From the NCBI GenBank assembly GCA_038255675.1, contig JBBSLB010000003.1, positions 1-32,134 on the forward strand: 32,134 bases of DNA. The letters are read 5' to 3'. The stretch's first letter is position 1. Every line of letters begins with the position of its first letter. Source of the DNA: Mycobacteriales bacterium (lineage in GTDB: Bacteria; Actinomycetota; Actinomycetes; Mycobacteriales; SCTD01). The notes below the pieces were generated by a model, which was given only the letters and a program-made list of their open reading frames with translations, was not told the DNA's origin and did not search any database. The translations under genes and the position numbers were made by a program. This document shows, in pieces, positions 1-9,235 of the stretch.

Positions 1-468
1 GCCCACACGAAGATCGCGGTCATCAAGAAGCTCGCCGAGAAGCACGACGACCAGGTGCTGGTCATCGGCGCCTACCTCGACCAGCTCGAGGAGGTCGGCG
101 AGGCGCTCGACATGCCGGTCATCCAGGGCTCGACCAAGAACGCCGAGCGCGAGCGGCTGTTCGACCTGTTCCGCCGCAAGGAGATCCCTGGGCTGGTGGT
201 CTCCAAGGTCGCCAACTTCTCCATCGACCTGCCCGAGGCGACGATCGCCATCCAGATCAGCGGCACCTTCGGCTCGCGGCAGGAGGAGGCGCAGCGGCTC
301 GGCCGCGTCCTGCGGCCCAAGGAGGACGGCCGGACCGCGCACTTCTACAGCGTCGTCAGCCGCGACACCCTGGACCAGGAGTACGCCGCGCACCGGCAGC
401 GGTTCCTCGCCGAGCAGGGCTACGCCTACACGATCGTCGACGCCGACGACGTGCTCGCCGGCGGCTGA
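1..468 (+). CDS. XPB/Ssl2/Rad25-family DNA repair helicase, C-terminal part (5' truncated by window)
   Basis: Frame +1 is open from base 1 (AHTKIAVIKK...). Contains SKVANFSIDLPEA and GSRQEEAQRLGRVLRPK (SF2 motifs V/VI characteristic of XPB) and ends with HRQRFLAEQGYAY. Confidence 0.93.
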   Translation, partial: AHTKIAVIKKLAEKHDDQVLVIGAYLDQLEEVGEALDMPVIQGSTKNAERERLFDLFRRKEIPGLVVSKVANFSIDLPEATIAIQISGTFGSRQEEAQRLGRVLRPKEDGRTAHFYSVVSRDTLDQEYAAHRQRFLAEQGYAYTIVDADDVLAGG

Positions 469-471
469 CCC

Positions 472-1026
472 GTGCCGGCCCTCACCGACCCGGTCCTGAC
501 CGCGCTGCCAGTGGACCAACCGCACCTGGTCGCGGGCGACCTCCTGCTGCGGCCGTGGAAGGACGACGACGCCGCCGCGCTGCTCGAGGTCTACGCCGAC
601 CCGGACGTCCGGCGCTGGCACGTCGAGCGCCTGGACAGCGCCGAGGCGTGGGCGTACGCCGCCCGTTGGGCCGATCTGTGGCGCACCGGCCGGCGGGCGG
701 GCTGGGCGGTCGAGCGCGACGGCGTCCTGTCCGGCCGCGTCACCCTGACCCGAATCGTCCTGGAGGGCGGACAGGCTGAGGTCACGTACTGGACCGTGCC
801 GGCTGCGCGTGGACAGGGCGTGGCGCCGGCGGTCGTCGAGGCCGTCAGCGCGTGGGCGTTCAACCTCGGGTTCCACCGGCTCGAGCTGCAGCACTCGACG
901 CAGAACTCCGCGTCCTGCCGCGTCGCCGAGAAGGTGGGCTTCGAGGCGGAGGGCACCAAGCGAGCCGCGGGCCTCCACCTGGACGGCTGGCACGACATGC
1001 ACCTGCACGCACGGGTCGGGGGCTGA
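472..1026 (+). CDS. GNAT family N-acetyltransferase (RimJ/RimL-like)
   Basis: LLLRPW N-terminal motif, acetyl-CoA loop ARGQGVA, and N-x-A-S-x-R-V-A-E-K-x-G-F-x-x-E-G typical of RimJ/RimL. Confidence 0.9.
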   Translation: MPALTDPVLTALPVDQPHLVAGDLLLRPWKDDDAAALLEVYADPDVRRWHVERLDSAEAWAYAARWADLWRTGRRAGWAVERDGVLSGRVTLTRIVLEGGQAEVTYWTVPAARGQGVAPAVVEAVSAWAFNLGFHRLELQHSTQNSASCRVAEKVGFEAEGTKRAAGLHLDGWHDMHLHARVGG

Positions 1027-1027
1027 G

Positions 1028-1447
1028 GTGGAGCAACGCGTCTCGCTCGTGACGCTCGGCGTCCGCGACCTGGCCCGGTCCGTGGCCTTCTACCGGGGGC
1101 TGGGCTGGGCGCCGCGCGAGGACGAGCACGACGACGTGTTCTTCTTCGCCGCAGGCGGTCTGGTCGTCGCGCTGTGGAGCCGCGAGGAGCTGGCGCAGGA
1201 CAGCTGCGTCGTCGACGGCGGCGGGTGGGGCGGCATCACGCTTGCCCACAACGTGCGCTCGCTGCAGGAGGTCGACGCCGTGCTGGCCGAGGCCGTGGCT
1301 GCGGGTGCGGAGCTCGGCCGGCCGGGCGCCGCCACGCCGTGGGGCGGGTACAGCGGCGTCTTCCTGGACCCGGACGGCCACCCGTGGGAGGTCGCGCACA
1401 ACCCCGGCTGGCCGCTGCGGGCGGACGGCAGTGTCGACCTCGGCTGA
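1028..1447 (+). CDS. VOC family (glyoxalase/bleomycin-resistance) protein
   Basis: GTG at 1028 immediately after the GNAT stop. SLVTLGVRDLARSVAFY...ITLAHNV...WGGYSGVFLDPDGHPWEVAHNP. Confidence 0.92.
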   Translation: MEQRVSLVTLGVRDLARSVAFYRGLGWAPREDEHDDVFFFAAGGLVVALWSREELAQDSCVVDGGGWGGITLAHNVRSLQEVDAVLAEAVAAGAELGRPGAATPWGGYSGVFLDPDGHPWEVAHNPGWPLRADGSVDLG

Positions 1448-1775
1448 CCCGGTCGCCGACGCCCGGGTGCTGGTGTCCCTCGACCTGGCCGACCCGCAGT
1501 GGGACGCCGCGCTGGACACGGCGGTCGCCCATCGGCGCTGGTGGCTGGAGCAGTGGCCGCAGGGCGCGGAGCACGTGCTGGGCCTGCTCGCACAGGACGC
1601 GCAGGAGGCGGTGCACGCCGTCGACCCCGACTGGCCCCGCTGCACCGAGCCGACGTGCCCGGCCGTCGGCGCCCATGCGCTGTTCGTCGAGCCCGACCTC
1701 GGCCCGGACCCGTTCTGGGTCTGCCACCGGACCGGCCTTCCCGTGGCCGCTGTCGGAGAGCTCCGCCAGGAGTAG
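1431..1775 (+). CDS. Conserved hypothetical protein with putative metal-binding Cys/His cluster
   Basis: GTG at 1431 overlaps the VOC 3' end; start uncertain. HRRWWLEQWPQG...AQDAQEA...WPRCTEPTC...HAL.VEPDLGPDPFWVCH resembles an actinobacterial hypothetical family I recall. Confidence 0.75.
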   Translation: MSTSADPVADARVLVSLDLADPQWDAALDTAVAHRRWWLEQWPQGAEHVLGLLAQDAQEAVHAVDPDWPRCTEPTCPAVGAHALFVEPDLGPDPFWVCHRTGLPVAAVGELRQE

Positions 1776-1790
1776 TACGTTCGTTCCACT
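1771..1790. promoter_or_regulatory. Imperfect palindrome, candidate TetR operator for the SMR-TetR operon
   Basis: AGTAGTACGTTCGTTCCACT matches its reverse complement at 14/20 positions; AT-rich patch just upstream of the SMR ribosome-binding site (GAGAGGAGG). Confidence 0.55.
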
Positions 1791-1810
1791 TCTGAGAGGA
1801 GGTGGCGCAG

Positions 1811-2134
1811 ATGGCCTGGGTGCTCCTGGTGATGGCCGGCCTGTTCGAGGTGGGCATGGCGCTGTGCCTCAAGGCCAGCGAGGGCTTCACGCAGCTGCGG
1901 GCCAGCGTCGCCTTCGGCGTCTTCGCCGTGCTGAGCTTCGGCCTGCTGTCGGTCGCGCTGCGCGACCTCCCGGTCGGCACGGCCTACGCCGTCTGGACCG
2001 GCATCGGCGCGGCGGGCACCGCCCTGCTCGGCGTCGCCCTGCTCGGCGACGCCGCCACCCCGCTCCGGCTGGGCTCGATCGCGCTCATCGTCCTCGGCGT
2101 CGCCGGTCTGCGGGTGGCGGGCGGCAGCGCGTGA
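1811..2134 (+). CDS. SMR family small multidrug/cation exporter (SugE/Gdx-like sequence)
   Basis: 107 aa, four hydrophobic helices, membrane Glu13 (AGLFEVG) and LPVGTAYAVWTGIG; strong SD before ATG 1811. Confidence 0.93.
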   Translation: MAWVLLVMAGLFEVGMALCLKASEGFTQLRASVAFGVFAVLSFGLLSVALRDLPVGTAYAVWTGIGAAGTALLGVALLGDAATPLRLGSIALIVLGVAGLRVAGGSA

Positions 2135-2706
2135 ACGTCCGCGGCGAGCGGCGCCTGCCCGTCCTGCGCGCAGCGGCGGCCGACCTGCTGCTCGACGAGG
2201 GCTTCGACGCTCTCACCCACCGCGCGCTCTCGGCCCGCTCCGGTGTCCCGCTGGCCAGCACGACGCACTACTTCCGGACCGTGGACGCGCTGGCGGTGGC
2301 CGCCACCGAGGAGCTGGCCGAGCGGTGGCTGGCGCACGCCCGCGCCGTCGTCGACGCCCTGCCCGAGCGGCGGGCGAGCGCCGCGGCCACCGCACAGGTG
2401 CTGGCCGACCTGGTCCTCGGGCCGGCCCCCACCGCCGCTGGGCTGGCGACGTTCTACGAGCGGTACGTCCAGGCCGGCCGGGTCCCCGAGCTGCGGGCGC
2501 TGGTGGTGGCGTGGAACGCCGAGCTGCGCAGCCTGGTCGCGACGGCGCTGGCCCGTTGCGGACGTCCGGCCACCCCGAGCCGGGCCGCGCTGCTGCTCGC
2601 CGCCCTGGACGGGCTGGCCCTCACGGCCGTCGCCGAAGGCGCCGACGACCCTGTCGCCGCGGCCGTGCGACCGCTGTCCCGCCTGCTCGGCGACCTCAGC
2701 CGCTGA
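2131..2706 (+). CDS. TetR/AcrR family transcriptional regulator
   Basis: GTGA overlap with the SMR stop. N-terminal HTH AAADLLLDEGFDALTHRALSARSGVPLASTTHYF. Confidence 0.92.
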   Translation: MNVRGERRLPVLRAAAADLLLDEGFDALTHRALSARSGVPLASTTHYFRTVDALAVAATEELAERWLAHARAVVDALPERRASAAATAQVLADLVLGPAPTAAGLATFYERYVQAGRVPELRALVVAWNAELRSLVATALARCGRPATPSRAALLLAALDGLALTAVAEGADDPVAAAVRPLSRLLGDLSR

Positions 2707-2714
2707 CCGACCGG

Positions 2715-3263
2715 TCAGCCGCTCAGCTCAGCCGGGACGACCCGCAGCGGGAACGGCCGCACTGCCTCGTACGCCTCCTCGCCCTGCACCCGCGCCACCT
2801 GCACGTAGCTGCCGTCGAGCAGCTCCAGGACGGTCAGGGCGAGCTCGTCCGGCTCGACCAGCCAGTACGACGCGACGCCCGCCTCCTGGAGCACCTGGCG
2901 CTTCAGCGTCAGGTCGACAGCTCGCGTGCTGGGCGACTGCACCTCCACGACCAGCAGCGGGACCCCGGACAGCCGGCGGCCCACGGCGTCCGTCCGCCGC
3001 ACGACGCTGATGTCGGGCGCGATCTGGCGGACCGGGGAGAGCCGGACGTCGATCGGCCAGAACACCTCGGCGTCCGCGGGCGCGGCGTCCTGCAGCAGCC
3101 GCCACAGCGCGCCGGCCACCCGCTGGTGCTGCAGCGACGGCTCAGCGCTCACGAGCAGGGCGCCGTCGATGAGCTCGTAGCGCACGCCCGTGCCCTCCGG
3201 GAACGCGTCGAGGTCCTCCACCGTCCAGGGCCCGGCCGGGATGGTCGTCGTCATGGCGCTCAT
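2715..3263 (-). CDS. Uma2 (DUF820) family PD-(D/E)XK endonuclease
   Basis: WTVEDL...RYELIDG.L.V...HQR...APDISVV...LVVEVQSPST...D..LK...GV.SYWLVEP; SD GGGAGGAG before ATG 3263. Confidence 0.9.
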   Translation of the reverse strand: MSAMTTTIPAGPWTVEDLDAFPEGTGVRYELIDGALLVSAEPSLQHQRVAGALWRLLQDAAPADAEVFWPIDVRLSPVRQIAPDISVVRRTDAVGRRLSGVPLLVVEVQSPSTRAVDLTLKRQVLQEAGVASYWLVEPDELALTVLELLDGSYVQVARVQGEEAYEAVRPFPLRVVPAELSG

Positions 3264-3342
3264 CGTGCGCTCCTCCCGGCGGCATGTCACGACAGTCCCG
3301 GGCTGCCGCAGCCGCCGCCAGGACGCGAAGGTGATCTGTGGA

Positions 3343-3852
3343 CTACGGGCAGCCGATCTCCAGGCAGAGCTCGAAGGTGCGCACGACCGCCCACCCCTCG
3401 CCCCTGCGCACGATCTGCAGGTCGAGCTCGACGGTCTCCTCCGGCCGGCGCACCTCCACGACGGCGGAGGCCGCCTCCCCGTTCTGCTGCACGTCCAGCA
3501 GCTCCACGCCGTACTCCTGGGGCGCGTCGCGCGCCGCCGCGGTCTCGCGCAGCAGGTCGCTGCAGACCTCCTCGTCGCTGCGGACCTCCCCGAGTCCCTC
3601 CGGCGGCACCGACTGCCGCTCGTAGGCGGTGCAGTCGCCGAAGACGACCGCCGTCGTCCAGGCCAGGGCGGCCCCGCGCGGGGTCTGCAGGCGGCGCAGG
3701 TCGACCGCGGCCACGATGCCGACCCCGAGCGACAGGAGGAGGAGGACGGCGATCAACCCGATCGGACCGCGCGCGATGCTGCGCTTGCGCTGCGCCTCGA
3801 CCGACCGCTCCAGGGCGGCGTACCTCTCAGCCTGGTAGGGGGTCTCGGTCAT
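3343..3852 (-). CDS. Hypothetical single-pass membrane protein
   Basis: 169-aa ORF overlapping the LLM gene stop (ATGA); basic patch then one TM segment (IGLIAVLLLLSLGVGIVAAV); acidic C-terminal domain with 4 Cys. Confidence 0.7.
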   Translation of the reverse strand: MTETPYQAERYAALERSVEAQRKRSIARGPIGLIAVLLLLSLGVGIVAAVDLRRLQTPRGAALAWTTAVVFGDCTAYERQSVPPEGLGEVRSDEEVCSDLLRETAAARDAPQEYGVELLDVQQNGEAASAVVEVRRPEETVELDLQIVRRGEGWAVVRTFELCLEIGCP

Positions 3853-4742
3853 CGCAGGTCGGACACCACCGTCGCCAGCCGCTCCCAGTCCGCCACCGGC
3901 GGGGTGAACGCGTCCGGCCCGAGCACCTGCAGGCAGACGTGGTCGGCGCCGGCGTCCAGGTGGGCGCGCACCCGCTCGCGGATGCCCTCCTCGCCGCCGA
4001 CGACCAGGGCGTCCTTGAGCCGGTCGCTGCCGCCGCGCACGGCGTCGTCCTCGGAGAAGCCCTCGCGGAGCCAGTTGTTCCGGTAGTTCGGCAGGCCGGT
4101 GTAGATCTCCAGGTGCCAGTGCGCCCGGCGGCGACGCTCGTCGACGTCCTCGCTCAGCACGACCGCCTGCTCGACGGCCAGCAGCGGACCCTCGCCAAGG
4201 ACGGCCCGCGCGCCGGCCGTGTGCTCCGGCGTGACGAGGTACGGGTGGGCGCCCTGCGCGCGGTCGCGGGACAGCTCGAGCATCTTCGGGCCGAGCGCGG
4301 CCAGCACCCGCGGCGGCGGCGTCTGCCCGCCCGCGGCCAGGTAGGGCGCGGCGTCCAGCGCGTCGAGGTACTCCCGCATCGCCGCGATCGGCTTGCCGTA
4401 GGAGTGCCCGCGCATCCGCTCGACCAGCGGTGCGTGGCTGACGCCGAGGCCGAGCACGAAGCGGCCGGGGAAGGCCGCCTCCAGGGTGCGCGCGGCCGCG
4501 CCGGCCGACACCGCGTCACGGCCGTAGATGCTGGCGATGCCGGTGGCCACGGCCATCCGCGTGCTGGCGGCCAGGTAGAGCGAGGCGGCGGTGAAGGCCT
4601 CGCGGCCGTACGCCTCGCCGAACCACAGGGCGTCCCAGCCCTGCACGTCCAGCGCCGCGACCTGCTCCCGGGCGGCCGGGACCTCGAGGGCGTCCAGCGC
4701 CGCGGTCCAGATCCCGATCGGGCCCGGGAGCAGAGGGCTCAT
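3849..4742 (-). CDS. F420-dependent LLM class oxidoreductase (TIGR03620/MSMEG_4141-like)
   Basis: GWDALWFGEAYGREAF...VATGIASIYGRD...GRFVLGLGVSHAPLV...VLAALGPKMLELSRDRAQGAHPYLVTPEHT...AGADHVCLQ. Confidence 0.88.
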   Translation of the reverse strand: MSPLLPGPIGIWTAALDALEVPAAREQVAALDVQGWDALWFGEAYGREAFTAASLYLAASTRMAVATGIASIYGRDAVSAGAAARTLEAAFPGRFVLGLGVSHAPLVERMRGHSYGKPIAAMREYLDALDAAPYLAAGGQTPPPRVLAALGPKMLELSRDRAQGAHPYLVTPEHTAGARAVLGEGPLLAVEQAVVLSEDVDERRRRAHWHLEIYTGLPNYRNNWLREGFSEDDAVRGGSDRLKDALVVGGEEGIRERVRAHLDAGADHVCLQVLGPDAFTPPVADWERLATVVSDLR

Positions 4743-4744
4743 GC

Positions 4745-5224
4745 TCAGCCGTAGACGAGGCGGGTGACCCAGTCGGCCACCAGCGCCGGCTTGGACTCGC
4801 CCTCGATCTCGACGGTCAGCGTCTTGGTGACCTGCAGCGTGCTCGGGTCCTTGGCGTCCACGGCCGTCAGGACGCTGGTCGCGCGGATCTTGCTGCCGAC
4901 CTTGACCGGGTTGACGAAGCGCACCTTGTCGAAGCCGTAGTTGACGCCCATGACGATGCCCTCGAAGCGCTCGGCCGGCGTCGGGATCGTCTCCGACAGC
5001 TTGGTGAGCAGCGACAGGGTGAGGAAGCCGTGCGCGATCGGCACGCCCCACGGCGACAGGGTCTTGCAGGCCTCCGGGTCGACGTGGATGAACTGCTGGT
5101 CCTCGGTCACGTCCGCGAAGGCGTTGATGCGCTCCTGGGTGATCTCCAGCCACTCGCCGCTGCCCTCGGTCTCGCCGATCGCGGCCTGGTGCAGCTCGTA
5201 CGCCTTCTCGCCGTTCGTGGCCAT
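4745..5224 (-). CDS. MaoC family (hot-dog fold) dehydratase
   Basis: Hydratase-2 motif FADVTEDQQFIHVDPE...IAHGFLTLSL; GVNYGFDKVRFVNPV. Confidence 0.92.
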   Translation of the reverse strand: MATNGEKAYELHQAAIGETEGSGEWLEITQERINAFADVTEDQQFIHVDPEACKTLSPWGVPIAHGFLTLSLLTKLSETIPTPAERFEGIVMGVNYGFDKVRFVNPVKVGSKIRATSVLTAVDAKDPSTLQVTKTLTVEIEGESKPALVADWVTRLVYG

Positions 5225-5279
5225 GCGGGGGGTCCTCCAGAGGTCGCTCGGATGTCCTGCAGAGGATCGCAGAGCCGGG

Positions 5280-6218
5280 TCAGGCGGCTGCGACCAGGGC
5301 GACGACCTCGAGCGCGCAGCCGTAGGACAGCGTCACGCCGGCGCCGCCGTGGCCGTAGTCGTGGACGACCGGCCGTCCGTCGGCGAGGCGGCCGGTCTCC
5401 AGCCGGACGGCGGGGCGGGCAGGGCGCAGGCCCACGCGGTGCTCCAGCACGCGGGCACCGGCCAGCTCGGGCACCAGGGCGGTGCAGCGCTGCAGCACCT
5501 GCTCGGCGGTGGCCGGGTCCGGCGCGAGGTGCTCCTCCCCGACGCCGGCGACGCCGCCCAGGACGACGGTCCGCTCGCGCGGGACGACGTAGGTGAGCGC
5601 GTCGCCGTCGTCCTGGGCGAGCAGCCACCCGGTCAGCCCGACCTGCTCGACGACGACGACCTGGCCGCGCACCGCGTGCACCGACGGGTCCGGCGCCAGC
5701 TCGCGGGCACCGAGGCCGGCGCAGTCCACGACCAGGTCTCCCCCGGCCTGCTCCAGGGCCGCCAACGACGCGACGGTCACGCGGACCCCGTGCTCGGCGA
5801 GCCGGTCGACCAGCCACGGGAGGTGGACGCCCATGTCGACGACGGGCGCGACGAGCCGCAGCCCGTCCATCCAGCCGTGCGGGAGGTCCTGCGCCGCGAC
5901 CCGCTGCAGGTCCGGGACGGCGTCGCGCCACCACGGGTCCGGGGTGGGCGCCCGGAAGAGCTCCCGGCCGCTGCGCATCGCCACGCCGGTCGCCGGGTCG
6001 TCCGCCAGCGCCTGCAGCGCCGTGAAGGTCGCGGCGCTCCAGCGGGTGACCTCGCGCTGCGGGAGCGCCCGGTAGGGGTACCAGAGCGCCGCCGCGACCG
6101 CCGAGGTGGTGCGCAGCGGCTCGGCAGCGGCCAGGACCTCGACCCGGTGGCCGGCCTCGGCCAGCCGCAGCGCGCACGTCAGCCCGCTGACCCCGGCCCC
6201 GACGACGCTCACCGGCAC
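5280..6218 (-). CDS. FAD-dependent D-amino acid oxidase family protein
   Basis: Rossmann VVGAGVSGL, TTSAVAAALWYP, VRGQV, VGLRPAR, HDYGHGGAGVTLSYG. Start GTG 6218 preferred (GTG 6245 is an alternative). Confidence 0.88.
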   Translation of the reverse strand: MPVSVVGAGVSGLTCALRLAEAGHRVEVLAAAEPLRTTSAVAAALWYPYRALPQREVTRWSAATFTALQALADDPATGVAMRSGRELFRAPTPDPWWRDAVPDLQRVAAQDLPHGWMDGLRLVAPVVDMGVHLPWLVDRLAEHGVRVTVASLAALEQAGGDLVVDCAGLGARELAPDPSVHAVRGQVVVVEQVGLTGWLLAQDDGDALTYVVPRERTVVLGGVAGVGEEHLAPDPATAEQVLQRCTALVPELAGARVLEHRVGLRPARPAVRLETGRLADGRPVVHDYGHGGAGVTLSYGCALEVVALVAAA

Positions 6219-6254
6219 GAGCGGACCCTGCCACGAGGACGACACCGCGTACGC

Positions 6255-6292
6255 CGACGGGGCGGCCTCCCGAGTGGGAGACCGCCCCGTCG
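6255..6292 (-). terminator. Intrinsic terminator hairpin downstream of groEL
   Basis: Minus strand CGACGGGGCGGTCTCCC-ACTC-GGGAGGCCGCCCCGTCG: 17-bp stem with one G-U pair, about 33 nt after the groEL stop. Confidence 0.8.
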
Positions 6293-6297
6293 TACGA

Positions 6298-6320
6298 GCA
6301 GGTCGTGCAGGTCGTGCAGG
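6298..6320. repeat. Short tandem repeat (GCAGGTCGT) x2.5
   Basis: GCAGGTCGT-GCAGGTCGT-GCAGG between the groEL stop and its terminator. Confidence 0.7.
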
Positions 6321-6325
6321 CGGGA

Positions 6326-8068
<1,743 letters not shown>

Positions 8069-8095
8069 TTAGCACTCGACCCTGCCGAGTGCAAG
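8069..8095. promoter_or_regulatory. CIRCE element (HrcA operator), distal copy overlapping the likely groEL promoter
   Basis: TTAGCACTC-N9-GAGTGCAAG; on the minus strand it reads TTGCAC-N17-TAACAA, a plausible -35/-10 pair. Confidence 0.95.
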
Positions 8096-8127
8096 GCGTC
8101 GCGGCCCCCGGGCGGACGCGAGCAGCG

Positions 8128-8646
8128 TCAGGCGCCGCCGGTCTCGGCCACGATGTGACCTGCCGTACCTACGCCGGACCAGCGGTCCAGCTCGGCCGCC
8201 AGGTCGAGACGGTCGATCGGGGCGGCGTTCTCGTACTCTCCCCAGGCCTCGCGCGGCAGCATCCACATGATCTCGAACTCGTTGCCGTCCGGGTCGGCGC
8301 CGTAGAGGCTCTTGGTCGCGCCGTGGCTGCTCTCGCCGCCGAGCGCGCCCGCGTCGGCCAGCACCCGGCGGGCCTCGGCGAGCTCGTCGACGGTGTCGAC
8401 CTGCCAGGCCAGGTGGTAGAGGCCGATGCCCCCGGGTCGCCTGGGCGGTGCGTTCGTACCGACCCCGAACAGGCCCAGGTCGTGGTGGTTCCCCGAGCGG
8501 GGCAGGCGCAGGAAGACGGCGTTGGCGCGCGGCTCGCGGGCCGCGACCACCATGCCGATCAGGTCGATGTAGAAGCGCTCGGCGCGCACCAGGTCGGCGA
8601 CGAAGAGCACAGCGTGGTTGAGGCGGACCGGGTTGACAGCAGTCAT
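8128..8646 (-). CDS. VOC family protein (catechol 2,3-dioxygenase/glyoxalase-like)
   Basis: RLNHAVLFV...NHHDLGLF...GLYHLAWQV...SHGATKSLYGADPDGNEFE; SD AAGGAG before ATG 8646. Confidence 0.9.
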   Translation of the reverse strand: MTAVNPVRLNHAVLFVADLVRAERFYIDLIGMVVAAREPRANAVFLRLPRSGNHHDLGLFGVGTNAPPRRPGGIGLYHLAWQVDTVDELAEARRVLADAGALGGESSHGATKSLYGADPDGNEFEIMWMLPREAWGEYENAAPIDRLDLAAELDRWSGVGTAGHIVAETGGA

Positions 8647-8660
8647 GACCGCATCTCCTT

Positions 8661-8678
8661 TGGTTGAGATCTCAACCA
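8661..8678. promoter_or_regulatory. Perfect 18-bp palindrome, candidate MarR-type operator
   Basis: TGGTTGAGATCTCAACCA is identical to its reverse complement and lies directly upstream of the VOC SD. Confidence 0.8.
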
Positions 8679-8721
8679 GACCGAAGCGGGCGGGCCGGAC
8701 GTCTCTTCCCGCCGGTCGGTC

Positions 8722-9201
8722 TCAGACCCGGACGTCGCCCTGCTCGCCGGCGTCCTCGTTGCCGAGGGCGGCCTTGAGCAGGTTGAGCGCCTGCCCGAGC
8801 CGGCCGTGCGGGCCGTCCCAGTACTCGCCGTAGGACACGGTCACCTCGAGCACCCGCACCGTCGGGTCGTCCTTGCCGTCGAAGTACGACGCGGCGCCGA
8901 CGTTCCAGATCGCGGCGATGCGGGCCCGGTCGTTGCTGGTGCGGGCAGCGCCCTGGAGTGCGACGTAGGTGTTCTTGCCGGGGTCGCTGAAGGTCACGGT
9001 CGTCGGGGAGCTCTCCACCTCGAGGCCGGCCACCCAGTCGGCCTCGGTCGAGACCAAGAAGCTCAGCACCCCGCCCTCCTGAGCGGCGAGAGCAAGCGGT
9101 CGGGACTTCCACGCGCCGTCCGGGTCGGCGGTGGCGACCATGGCGAAGCGGAGCCCATCGAGGGCGTCGTCGAGGGTGCGGGCGGCATCTGTCTGCGTCA
9201 T
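8722..9201 (-). CDS. Pyridoxamine 5'-phosphate oxidase-like / general stress protein 26 family
   Basis: FAMVAT...KSRPLA...LSFLV...YVALQG.A....DRARIAAIWN....YFDGKDDP...VLEV....GEYWD. Confidence 0.85.
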   Translation of the reverse strand: MTQTDAARTLDDALDGLRFAMVATADPDGAWKSRPLALAAQEGGVLSFLVSTEADWVAGLEVESSPTTVTFSDPGKNTYVALQGAARTSNDRARIAAIWNVGAASYFDGKDDPTVRVLEVTVSYGEYWDGPHGRLGQALNLLKAALGNEDAGEQGDVRV

Positions 9202-9235
9202 GGCACCCGTCCTGCCCGGTGCAGGCCCCCGGCAC

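Noticed and set aside
460-1026. C-terminal Gly-Gly on the XPB and GNAT proteins as ubiquitin-like sulfur carriers for the thrC homologue
   Set aside because: Neither has a beta-grasp-like sequence; GG is frequent in GC-rich coding DNA.
1776-1810. Guanidine riboswitch upstream of the SMR gene
   Set aside because: Gap too short; no paired ACGR hairpins or guanidine-III motif visible.
2715-3342. Uma2 nuclease as a mobile element or defence system; nearby CTGTGGAC as a DnaA box
   Set aside because: No terminal repeats, methylase or antitoxin partner; solo Uma2 genes are common in actinobacteria; one degenerate box is not meaningful.
6298-6320. 9-bp tandem repeat after groEL as a functional element
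   Set aside because: Only 2.5 copies in a 3' UTR; most simply a slippage product.
8661-8678. HspR HAIR element near groEL
   Set aside because: HAIR is CTTGAGT-N7-ACTCAAG; this palindrome has different half-sites and spacing and belongs to the VOC gene.
8678-8722. Terminator hairpin after the pyridoxamine-oxidase-like gene
   Set aside because: Arms are short and interrupted (AGACCGA/TCGGTCT, GGCGGG/CCCGCC); too weak to call in GC-rich DNA.
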